A DNA stretch of 64,000 nucleotides from NCBI GenBank assembly GCA_947447665.1, contig CANFJX010000007.1, positions 87,441-151,440 on the forward strand. Reading direction: 5' to 3'. Position 1 is the stretch's first letter. Each line of letters starts with the position of its first letter. The notes beneath the pieces are model-generated. The model had not been told where the DNA came from. It did not search any database and saw only the letters and a program-made list of their open reading frames with translations. Positions 45,993 to 54,582 of this stretch are shown one piece after another. Both the position numbers and the translations under genes were made by a program. The stretch comes from Bacteriovoracaceae bacterium (GTDB lineage Bacteria > Bdellovibrionota > UBA1018).

Positions 45993-47006
45993 ATGGGGCA
46001 GAGCACAATTGCCAATGCGATGATTATGACGGCAGGGCTGGGTACTCGACTTCAACCTTTTACGAACGTGAGAACCAAGGCACTTTTACCAGTTTTGGGA
46101 ATTCCTTCTGCTCAGTACGCTTTAGACTCTCTTGTGGCAGCCGGAGTGACGAAGGTGGTGGCTAATGTTCATCATCTGGCTCAGGATACCGCCCGGAGAA
46201 TGGAAGAGCTCGACTTGAATGGAGCTGAACTGAGGATTAAGGATGAATCCTCTCTTCTTTTGGGGACAGCAGGAGGAATTCGGAATGCTTTGGATGAACT
46301 GGGCTCGCTCCCCTTTTTTAGGGCTAATGCTGATGTCATTTACGATATTGATTGGAATGCTTTGTTTCAAACTCATCTGGAACTGAGGAGATCTCGAGGG
46401 GTTTTGATCACCTTGGCGGTTTTGCCATCGGGTCCTCGTGATGCCCAGTATCCTGAGATTTTGTATGATGGAAACGAGAGGTTAGTAACTGGGATTGGAA
46501 AACCTCAGTCCTCCAGACCATTTTGGACAGGGGCCGCCGTAATTGAACCTGAAGCTTTGCTTGGAGTAACTCAGGACGGCCCGTCCGAATTCGTTCCGGA
46601 AATCCTGGCCCCCGCGATTCGCAATCAAAGAGCGGGCGTGTTTGTTGAGGATGGACTTTGGTATGATATTGGATCTCCCTCGTTATGGTTAGACACTCAT
46701 TTTGATTTGATGCGGCTCTTCGAGTCAACTCATGAGAAAAATGATCGCATCCGCCTCTGGGAAAAAAGATTTTTAACAACTAATGACTCGCTAGGAAAAA
46801 ACTGCTGGGCGCACACTTCTCAACGTACCCAGTTAGGCAAAAATACATTAGAAATTCAGGGCCCGTGTTATTTAGGGGGGGTTAACCAAGTTGGTGTTGA
46901 GAAAGTCCAGGTCGGCCCCAACGCCGTAATTTATGATCAAATGCCCCCATTGGGGGTAAAAATAGAGAATGGTATTGCATTTGGAGGGTATTGGGTGAAA
47001 AAATGA
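45993..47006 (+). CDS. murU: MurNAc-alpha-1-phosphate uridylyltransferase-like nucleotidyltransferase
   Basis: AGLGTRL.P.T...K, NVHHL, LLGTAGGI and WYDIGS; follows amgK. Confidence 0.75.
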   Translation: MGQSTIANAMIMTAGLGTRLQPFTNVRTKALLPVLGIPSAQYALDSLVAAGVTKVVANVHHLAQDTARRMEELDLNGAELRIKDESSLLLGTAGGIRNALDELGSLPFFRANADVIYDIDWNALFQTHLELRRSRGVLITLAVLPSGPRDAQYPEILYDGNERLVTGIGKPQSSRPFWTGAAVIEPEALLGVTQDGPSEFVPEILAPAIRNQRAGVFVEDGLWYDIGSPSLWLDTHFDLMRLFESTHEKNDRIRLWEKRFLTTNDSLGKNCWAHTSQRTQLGKNTLEIQGPCYLGGVNQVGVEKVQVGPNAVIYDQMPPLGVKIENGIAFGGYWVKK

Positions 47007-47010
47007 CAGG

Positions 47011-47742
47011 ATGACTGTCATTTCAGTTCCACGCCGGCTGAGAGTTGCGGCTTCAACTCTTCTTATTTGTGTTCCTCTCGTTGCCGTTGAGATTTTGATT
47101 GTGAGTCGCGCACCTGGATGGAATTTACCCTATCGTCGTGCACTTTACTGGGCTTTTGCCTATTTATTAATTACCGTTCCTCTTATTTCCTGGATCATTG
47201 CTGCCAGGAGGTTTGCTGTTTATTTGGCTGTTCTATTGGGTTTTGTCTGGGTTCTACTTAGCGCATCGCTTTCAATCCGAATGAACTTTCCGCTCCTAGG
47301 ATTTTTTACTGTGGGGCTGATTGCCCTACTTTTTGCGCAATTCTACTGGGTGCAAATCGAGCTGACGAGGTCATTTCTAGATCCTCAGCTTTCGTGGTAT
47401 CAGGGCTTACCGTCAACTATTCCTGGGTTGGTTTGTCGACTAGGTGAGGGAGAGCAGAAAGTTGAGCTTAGGGTGAGTCGAATGGATCAAGATGGGGCAT
47501 TTGTCTTTTGTAAGTCAACTGAGACGGAAAAAGTGGGAGTCATGGCAGAATTAATTCGCCGCTCTCAACTCAACACTACGTTTGGCTTTAAATCTCAGAC
47601 AATTAGCTGCGTCTCCAGGCCGGTCTTAACGATTGAGCGGGGGATTGGAATAGGGATACAATTTATTCGGATGTCAGGGGATGCCAAAAAAGAAGTAGGC
47701 GATTTCGTAGAGGTACTTCGAGGAGAGGGATATGTTTCATAA
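47011..47742 (+). CDS. Four-TM membrane protein with a PilZ-like C-terminal domain
   Basis: Four hydrophobic segments, then DP...WY and a beta-rich domain ending GIGIQF. Confidence 0.6.
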   Translation: MTVISVPRRLRVAASTLLICVPLVAVEILIVSRAPGWNLPYRRALYWAFAYLLITVPLISWIIAARRFAVYLAVLLGFVWVLLSASLSIRMNFPLLGFFTVGLIALLFAQFYWVQIELTRSFLDPQLSWYQGLPSTIPGLVCRLGEGEQKVELRVSRMDQDGAFVFCKSTETEKVGVMAELIRRSQLNTTFGFKSQTISCVSRPVLTIERGIGIGIQFIRMSGDAKKEVGDFVEVLRGEGYVS

Positions 47743-48220
47743 AATTTTGAAGGCGGTTTCGTGCAGTTTAATTTTTTTAAGTTTAATATCATGTACTCGA
47801 AATCCAGATATTGCCGGCGATCCCAAGCAACGGCTCATTGAGTATATTTCGAAGAGCTTTATGATCAAGCAGCCTGAGGATAAGTCCCAGTTATTGAGTT
47901 ACCTCACTGGCGATGTGAAGGCGAGGTTGGAGAGTTGGAGTTCGGAACAGTTTAGAGACGCCTTTTTATCGAAAAAAAGAGAATTGATTAAGCTCTCTAT
48001 TCGAGAAATTAAGTCAATTTCTGATGACGAGGCTCAGATCACCTATGAGTTGGTCTACAGTGAAATAAAGACGGCCTCCGGCACGCAGACGAGTCAGGCA
48101 AAAATCACCAACAAGAAGCTCTGTCAAATGGTACGAGGTGATCACGGACGATGGTATATCGCCGATGTAAAGAATATTAAGGAACTCATCGAGTTCAAAG
48201 ATGAGCTTTCACTCCCTTAG
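47732..48220 (+). CDS. Hypothetical lipoprotein
   Basis: Lipobox LISC; NTF2-like tail (W.IADV). Confidence 0.7.
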   Translation: MFHKILKAVSCSLIFLSLISCTRNPDIAGDPKQRLIEYISKSFMIKQPEDKSQLLSYLTGDVKARLESWSSEQFRDAFLSKKRELIKLSIREIKSISDDEAQITYELVYSEIKTASGTQTSQAKITNKKLCQMVRGDHGRWYIADVKNIKELIEFKDELSLP

Positions 48221-48678
48221 TAGAGAGGCGCATAAGCGTATTGCACGCCAGGAATGGTCGTAGATGAGATATAGACCTGTGTAAAAATTGCACCAACTGG
48301 GGCTGAGACAGAGTAGTTTTGGTTTCCAGTCGTGAAGTTGAGTGGCATTGAAGTGGTGTGAGAAGAGCCTCCAGAGTTGTAAAAAACAGTGATGGTCATT
48401 CCTCCCGTTTGACTTGGTATATTGAGTCCGGCGAAATGAAGTGTGTAGGATCCTGAGGAGCCGTAGATCGCGGCGCTTCCGGTGACTCCACTGAGCCCAC
48501 TCAAGGGTTGGAGGGTGCCTTGGACCAAGAGAGTGCCTGAAGGGATCGGGGCATTGTTTACTGAGGAGGAGGAACCTCCTGTTGATATTCCGAGCCCGCA
48601 TCCGGATGTCATGGTGATTAAGGTTAAGATAATTGCGAGCTTGAGAGGACTGCTGTGATGGGTTACTTCGAGCGGCAT
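48217..48678 (-). CDS. Ser/Gly/Thr-rich hypothetical lipoprotein
   Basis: Lipobox TSGC; beta-rich, nearly uncharged mature region. Confidence 0.65.
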   Translation of the reverse strand: MPLEVTHHSSPLKLAIILTLITMTSGCGLGISTGGSSSSVNNAPIPSGTLLVQGTLQPLSGLSGVTGSAAIYGSSGSYTLHFAGLNIPSQTGGMTITVFYNSGGSSHTTSMPLNFTTGNQNYSVSAPVGAIFTQVYISSTTIPGVQYAYAPLY

Positions 48679-48687
48679 CGTCTTTTT

Positions 48688-48734
48688 ACTATAAGATCTT
48701 AGCCGCTTGAGATCAACTTCAACATCGCTATAAT
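48688..48734. promoter_or_regulatory. Overlapping divergent sigma70-type promoters
   Basis: Minus: TTGATC-N17-TATAGT, 9 nt before ATG 48678. Plus: TTGAGA-N16-TATAAT, 6 nt before ATG 48741. Confidence 0.55.
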
Positions 48735-48740
48735 GGGATT

Positions 48741-49520
48741 ATGATGTTTAGGCGATTTTATGAGTGGACCAGTCAAGCCGGATTATTACTTGTTTTTTCG
48801 GTGACTTTCGGGCTTTTTGGGGCGCTTTTGGATTCAGCTCTGTGGGGGGTTTACGGTGGAGTCTTGGGTCTCTGCGTCGCAATCTTCATCGCTCGAGCTT
48901 CTGAATCTTGGATTCTTTGGATTCATGGCGCGACGACTGAGGGCGTTTCGGCTTCCTGGATTCGGTATTTAGAGCAGGCGGGCGGGAGGAAGGCTATTCC
49001 GCGAGTGCTAGTTTATCCTCACCCCTTTCCTCAGGTGTGGTTAGCGAGGGGGCTATTTTGTACTCAGGGAACTGTGCTCTTAAGCCAGGGCTTGATTAGT
49101 TCTCTCAATGAAGATGAGCTGAGAGTCATTTTACGGCAGGCGCAAAGGAAATTGTCTCGAATTCAAATCCCTCTCTTGAGCTATGATTTTATTTTATTAT
49201 CCGTATTGCTGAGGTGGATTCCCATGGGCTGGGTTGATCTCCTTTTTTCACAGCGGAGAATCACTCCCCAAGAGAACCGGACCCTGAGTCCCTGGAGTTT
49301 GGCCGTCTTTTCGATCATCTTTCCACCCCTTCGGGCGCTCGTTCAATTTGTAGTTGATCATAATAGTCGCCACTTTCAGGGCGAGGCAGAAAACGAGTTC
49401 CAGTTGGTGATTCGAAAAGTTCAAAACTCGTTGGGACCGTGGCAGAAATCGCTGGATTTGTATTCTCGTCTAGGATGCTTAGGGGAAGTTTCCGGCGAGA
49501 TTGCTTCGATTTCAACATGA
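48741..49520 (+). CDS. Degenerate HtpX-like membrane protein lacking HEXXH
   Basis: Two N-terminal TMs, PRVLVY, VLLSQGLISSLNEDELRVIL; RQAQRK where HEXXH is expected. Confidence 0.6.
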   Translation: MMFRRFYEWTSQAGLLLVFSVTFGLFGALLDSALWGVYGGVLGLCVAIFIARASESWILWIHGATTEGVSASWIRYLEQAGGRKAIPRVLVYPHPFPQVWLARGLFCTQGTVLLSQGLISSLNEDELRVILRQAQRKLSRIQIPLLSYDFILLSVLLRWIPMGWVDLLFSQRRITPQENRTLSPWSLAVFSIIFPPLRALVQFVVDHNSRHFQGEAENEFQLVIRKVQNSLGPWQKSLDLYSRLGCLGEVSGEIASIST

Positions 49521-49557
49521 GACTTGTCTATCTATTCCGAGAAAGGTAAATCCTCCA

Positions 49558-49848
49558 ATGAATATGGCACATGAAACATCCTCATCGAAAATGGATTTGA
49601 CCACATTTTTTTTATCGATCTCCTCAGCCGCTTTCATGGGGCTCGGAGCAATTTCTCCACCCGGTGCAAGTGAGCCGTCTGTCGATTTGGAGTTGGCCCG
49701 TCAGAACATCGATTTACTCGAACTCATGATGGAAAAAACGAAGGGTAATCGAACACCTGAGGAGGACCGATTGATCGAGCGACTCCTCTTTGAAACCAGG
49801 CTCAAATATGTTGAAAAAAAACGCGATCACTCAAAGCTATCAGGATAG
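49558..49848 (+). CDS. DUF1844 family protein
   Basis: FFLSISSAAFMGLG...DLELARQNIDLL..M.EKTKGNRT.EE..L. Confidence 0.88.
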   Translation: MNMAHETSSSKMDLTTFFLSISSAAFMGLGAISPPGASEPSVDLELARQNIDLLELMMEKTKGNRTPEEDRLIERLLFETRLKYVEKKRDHSKLSG

Positions 49849-49861
49849 ATGGAAGGTTTTT

Positions 49862-51394
49862 ATGCGGAAGAAAAGAGTTTCTCAGTTTGCAGTGCTTTCC
49901 TTTGGGTTTTACGCCGCCTCGGCAATTGCCTCTTCTACAATAGCGCAGCCCTTAGATTCGAGTGTTTTTGTCAACTTGGCTAAGAAGATTGTTCCGTCAG
50001 TCGTTAACATTTCGACTCTTACGACGGTGAAAAGTCCCTTTATGCCGGGTGCTCAGGATGATCTGCTGAGGAAGTTTTTTGGTGACCTTTTTAGGCAGTA
50101 TAATCGTGGAGGCGATTCTAGTCGTGGTGGAGATAGCTCTGAAGACGAAGATGACAGTGCTCCACCGATGAGTCCCCCGGGTGGTAACCAGCGATTGCCT
50201 AAGTCCATGTCGCTTGGAACAGGTTTCATTATCGATGCTTCCGGTCTCATTCTCACCAATAATCACGTGGTTGCGGACGCAGATGAGATTAAGATTTCCT
50301 TTACGGAGTCAAAAGAGGAAAAGCCCTCGGATGCCGAGGTGGTAGGTCGCGATCCTGAAATCGATGTGGCTTTGATCCGAGTCAAGAACAAGCGAGTCAT
50401 GGTTCCTGCAGCCCTTGGGGACTCAGATGCTCTCGAGGTAGGCGAGTTTGTCATGGCCGTTGGAAACCCATTTGGTCAGGGGCATTCCGTCACTCATGGT
50501 ATTGTTTCCGCGAAGGGGCGCTTGGCCCCAGATTTTCAGCTAGCCAATTACATTCAGACCGATGCTCCTATTAATCCGGGCAATTCAGGCGGCCCGCTGG
50601 TTAACCTCAAGGGAGAGGTGATTGCGATCAACAACGCAATTGATCAGAGAGCGCAGGGAATCGGTTTTGCAATTCCGATTAATTTTATCAAAAAGGTTCT
50701 GCCGCAACTGAGAACTAAGGGAATGGTGACTCGCGGTTTTATTGGCGTACTGGTAGAGCCGCTCACTCCTGATTTGGCCAACAAAATTGGAGTACCTTCT
50801 GATCTCCAAGGGTCTTTTGTCACTCACGTTTACCCAAATCAGCCAGCCGAAAAGGCAGGGATCAAGCCTTATGATGTGATTTTAGAGTTCAACGGAGCTC
50901 CTATCCATAATGGTAATGAGCTGATTGCAGCAGTTACAGCTGTGAATGTGGGAGATGCTGTGCCCACTAAGGTTTACCGGGGTGGAAAACAGTTGGACCT
51001 CAAAGTTACTGTAGGACAGAGACCGGGTAATAAAGAACAACTGAAAAGTGCCGTGGAGAAGAAAAAGAAATCTAAGAAGAAAGCCGCAGCCGTTGAGGTT
51101 GGCATGACGCTCGAGGAAATCACTCCTGAGGTTGCAAAAGAGCTTGGAGTGGCACCGAGGTTTGCAGGCGTTGTGGTCACGAATATCGCTTACGGCGGAC
51201 CAGCAGATGCTGCTGGTTTGAGCCGCGGGGATGTGATTCTTGAGGTCGACCGAAAGCCCATAAAAAGTTTAGACGACTTTTACGCGGTCGTTAAAGCGAA
51301 GCAAACCTATTTACTTCGCGTTCGGCATCCAGATCCTCAGGGGCAGGAGCGGTTTTCCGTCGTGATCCTAGACCTCAAGAAGAAGTCCGAATAG
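49862..51394 (+). CDS. degP: HtrA/DegP serine protease with two PDZ domains
   Basis: LTNNHVV, DVALI, QTDAPINPGNSGGPL, two PDZ domains. Confidence 0.93.
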   Translation: MRKKRVSQFAVLSFGFYAASAIASSTIAQPLDSSVFVNLAKKIVPSVVNISTLTTVKSPFMPGAQDDLLRKFFGDLFRQYNRGGDSSRGGDSSEDEDDSAPPMSPPGGNQRLPKSMSLGTGFIIDASGLILTNNHVVADADEIKISFTESKEEKPSDAEVVGRDPEIDVALIRVKNKRVMVPAALGDSDALEVGEFVMAVGNPFGQGHSVTHGIVSAKGRLAPDFQLANYIQTDAPINPGNSGGPLVNLKGEVIAINNAIDQRAQGIGFAIPINFIKKVLPQLRTKGMVTRGFIGVLVEPLTPDLANKIGVPSDLQGSFVTHVYPNQPAEKAGIKPYDVILEFNGAPIHNGNELIAAVTAVNVGDAVPTKVYRGGKQLDLKVTVGQRPGNKEQLKSAVEKKKKSKKKAAAVEVGMTLEEITPEVAKELGVAPRFAGVVVTNIAYGGPADAAGLSRGDVILEVDRKPIKSLDDFYAVVKAKQTYLLRVRHPDPQGQERFSVVILDLKKKSE

Positions 51395-53864
51395 AGTCGA
51401 GTTCCAAATCGCCTGACGGATCGATTGCCCTGCGGCTTCTACGCATCTCAAGGAAGCGCAGAAAGGCAGGCATTGCAATGACCGCAGCCGATACGCAGGT
51501 GAGTTCGCCCAGAACGGCCAAGCGTCCGAAGCTGACAAATGCTCGATTTCCTGCGATGAGTAAAGAGCTGTAACCGATGATTGTGGTGAGGCTGGATAGA
51601 AGAACCGCCCCACCCGTATTGCGAACCACATTTGCGATGCTTCCTTCACCCTCCTCTCGGTACCTCTGGAACACGTTGACTCCGTAATCAACACCAATTC
51701 CAAAGGTAATGGGAAGAGCGATGAAATTTAAAAAATTGATCTTCAGATGAAATCCCAGAATTGCCCCCGCGAGCCAAAGGACTCCGATCATGAGTGCAAA
51801 GAGCACCTGTCCAATGATCTTCATCTCTCGAAATAGGATTACGACGAGGACAAAAACTGCCAAAAACGCAAATAATGTAGCTCGGGGTCCATCTCTTACG
51901 ACGGCATCGATCATGTCTGCTGTCACCGGGAGCTGGCCTGCGATCGGAGTTCCAGGGGCGACTGAGTCGGTAATCTGGCGAACTTCTTTCACGAATGGGA
52001 TCTGCACATCGATTCGATCGGTCCCATGCCCAACGATCTTATCCACTAGAACCATTCTGCCAACGCTTCCGTCTTTCTCTTTGAACTTGCCAAAAAGTGT
52101 GGGGGGTAGATCAAAATCAGAATAGGGCCGAAATGACTCAGGCCTTAGAAACTCTGAAATTAACTTCTTTTCGGAGCTTGGAAGTTTGCTCATAATTTTA
52201 GGTGGGAGTAGATGCTGAATCTCCTTGAGTAGGCCAATTTTTGTAGTCTGGTCCTGCGGAATAAAATCGTCTAGATCTTGAATCGTAGTAAAAAGAGTCG
52301 CCTGACCCTCAGACTCTTTTTTCGCTTTAAAAGCAGCCGCAATTTTCCTAGCTTGCTCTCGACTGTGGGGTAGAATCACCATCGGAGATAGACCGTGGTG
52401 AAAAACCTGGTCGATGTAACGAGAGTAATACCCTGAGCCGTGTTCCATGCTCCATTTATCTCTCATGGCCTCGAGGTCCGCTTCGATCACCCCATCCTTA
52501 ACGTTGCCGAATGTGAGAATTGAACCCACAATCAGGAGACATGAGCTGCCCCAAATCCAGACTGGATATTTCTCGACCCCCGCTGCAATCCAGCTTGTGA
52601 TATAGGTTTTCCGCTTGCGTGATCCAATCGGTGCGCCTTTTCTGAGTCGGCTGAAAAAGGTAAGATAGGCAGGCATGAGGGTGTAGGCGCTGATCCAGCA
52701 CAGAACCATCCCGAAGAGACCGATTAAGCCAAACTGCTTAAATCCGCGAAATTCGGTTAATACCAGCGAACCATATGAGATGCCAGCAGCCAAGGCAGCT
52801 GTCCAGGTTGATGTTGCCGTCGCGTGCATAGATGTAACGATCGCCTGCTCGTTATCCTTACCGCTTCGGACCTCCTCCAGGTATCTGGCGAGGAGAATAA
52901 TCCCAAAATTAATCCCATTTCCCACCACGATACTCGCCAAAAAAGCCGAATTAGCATTCAGGTACCCAACTGTGAAGTAAGCTACGCCGAAGGTCCAGAA
53001 GGTGCCCATGAATAGGCTCCAAACGAGCGCCATTGTGCCCAAAAGAGATCGATAAAAAACGAGCATGGCGATCGTAACGAGCAACAGAACGATGATTGTA
53101 GATAAAATTAAGTCAGCTATGAGAGCAGCGTTTTCTTCAATTAAATTTTGAATATTTCCTGTGAAATGCACTTCTAGATCTTGACCGTAAGACTTGGGAT
53201 TAAGTGCTTGGATCGAGGCGTCGATTGTAGATCTCAGCTGATGGGCCGCTTCGATACCCTTGCCGGGCATATAAGCTACAACGATGCGAACTTTTTCATC
53301 GGGCGTGGCATAGTATCCTCCAGGAAATCGAGAATAGACCGATGCCTGCTTCTCATATTTTTTACGAAGTGAATTGAAGTCAAATTTGGGTTCATTGACT
53401 ACATTTCCGGTAAAGATATTGAGTGGGTTGTAGAGTGATTTTTCGTAGTTGATGCGGCCGTGGATAAAACGGTCAACTTTTTCAAGATCGGCCGTTTCCA
53501 TCAATAGGGCCCGTCGATCGGAAAAGAATTTAATCTCTCGATCAATTTTATATTCTACCCCTGAAACAATAGACTTCGGAGCTTGGCCTAGTCTCTCGGC
53601 CAGATCCGTGACAAACCTTTTACTGGCTTGAGTGTCTTTTGAAAAAACAAGGGTAACAATATTGTCGATTGCATCTAGGCGTCGGGTTACCTCATTTAAG
53701 TCGACAATGCTTCTAGCATTTGATGGGAGAAGTTCTTCGACGTCGGTTCTTAGGTTCTTATATAAAAGTACTGTATAGTAAGCACCAACAAAACCGAGCA
53801 GAGTTCCTATGATCCCCACGAAAGCCCAATACTTCACGATCAAGCGAGTAAGAGTCTTAAACAT
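51375..53864 (-). CDS. MMPL/RND family transporter
   Basis: Two TM bundles; GNGINFGI and GIGVDYGV motifs; TTIIGY. Confidence 0.9.
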   Translation of the reverse strand: MFKTLTRLIVKYWAFVGIIGTLLGFVGAYYTVLLYKNLRTDVEELLPSNARSIVDLNEVTRRLDAIDNIVTLVFSKDTQASKRFVTDLAERLGQAPKSIVSGVEYKIDREIKFFSDRRALLMETADLEKVDRFIHGRINYEKSLYNPLNIFTGNVVNEPKFDFNSLRKKYEKQASVYSRFPGGYYATPDEKVRIVVAYMPGKGIEAAHQLRSTIDASIQALNPKSYGQDLEVHFTGNIQNLIEENAALIADLILSTIIVLLLVTIAMLVFYRSLLGTMALVWSLFMGTFWTFGVAYFTVGYLNANSAFLASIVVGNGINFGIILLARYLEEVRSGKDNEQAIVTSMHATATSTWTAALAAGISYGSLVLTEFRGFKQFGLIGLFGMVLCWISAYTLMPAYLTFFSRLRKGAPIGSRKRKTYITSWIAAGVEKYPVWIWGSSCLLIVGSILTFGNVKDGVIEADLEAMRDKWSMEHGSGYYSRYIDQVFHHGLSPMVILPHSREQARKIAAAFKAKKESEGQATLFTTIQDLDDFIPQDQTTKIGLLKEIQHLLPPKIMSKLPSSEKKLISEFLRPESFRPYSDFDLPPTLFGKFKEKDGSVGRMVLVDKIVGHGTDRIDVQIPFVKEVRQITDSVAPGTPIAGQLPVTADMIDAVVRDGPRATLFAFLAVFVLVVILFREMKIIGQVLFALMIGVLWLAGAILGFHLKINFLNFIALPITFGIGVDYGVNVFQRYREEGEGSIANVVRNTGGAVLLSSLTTIIGYSSLLIAGNRAFVSFGRLAVLGELTCVSAAVIAMPAFLRFLEMRRSRRAIDPSGDLELDSIRTSS

Positions 53865-53916
53865 GAAAAGTAGTATACTACAGGGGAGGGTTCTTCAGTC
53901 TCAAATTTGAGAGGTT

Positions 53917-54582
53917 TTAAATTCCGTTCGTAAAAAATCTGAAAGCTGAGTAGACGAAGAAAAAAGACAAGATCAATAGGGTAATCCCTAGCCAATAATA
54001 GATACGCCCGATTGATTGGGTTGGGATAAAGTGTTTAACTCGGTGCAATACAAAAGATAAAGCCAGCAAGTAAGTCCCCAAGCCAAGCACGCCACCGAGG
54101 AGGAATATCAGTTTTGAAGCGGCGTCGAAGTGTTCTGCAAGTCCAAGGCGCTTGGCCAGGGCGACTCCCATGAGCCAAGTCAAAATCATCGGGGGGTTGC
54201 TGAATGCGAGAGTAAATCCGGTCAAAAATGACCATTTTTTACTTTTCAGGGAAGTAGTCTCAAGTAAAAGATCGTGGGGTTTTTTCGATTCTTTCAGGGT
54301 GAGCGCAGAAAGTACCCAAAGAATCACCACCCCTAGCGCGTTAAAAGCTCCTAAAACCCACGGGATTTCCATAAAGGGTGCTAAGCCGTAAAGAGAAATA
54401 GCCCCATAGATGAAATCGGAGGTGATCGAGCCCAGAACCACCATTCTGGCTGCCCTCATGTGGCCGCTGATCGCTCGCTTTGCCATTTCAATTTGGGATC
54501 CCCCGAGTGGAATTGCGGCCATAAAGCCGAGGACAAAGGAGAGCAGAAATAAAAAAGCAGCGTTGGTTGGGGACTCAATCAT
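53917..54582 (-). CDS. LysE/RhtB family translocator
   Basis: AIPLGG, G...SD.IY and GFTLAFSNP; about six TMs. Confidence 0.85.
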   Translation of the reverse strand: MIESPTNAAFLFLLSFVLGFMAAIPLGGSQIEMAKRAISGHMRAARMVVLGSITSDFIYGAISLYGLAPFMEIPWVLGAFNALGVVILWVLSALTLKESKKPHDLLLETTSLKSKKWSFLTGFTLAFSNPPMILTWLMGVALAKRLGLAEHFDAASKLIFLLGGVLGLGTYLLALSFVLHRVKHFIPTQSIGRIYYWLGITLLILSFFFVYSAFRFFTNGI

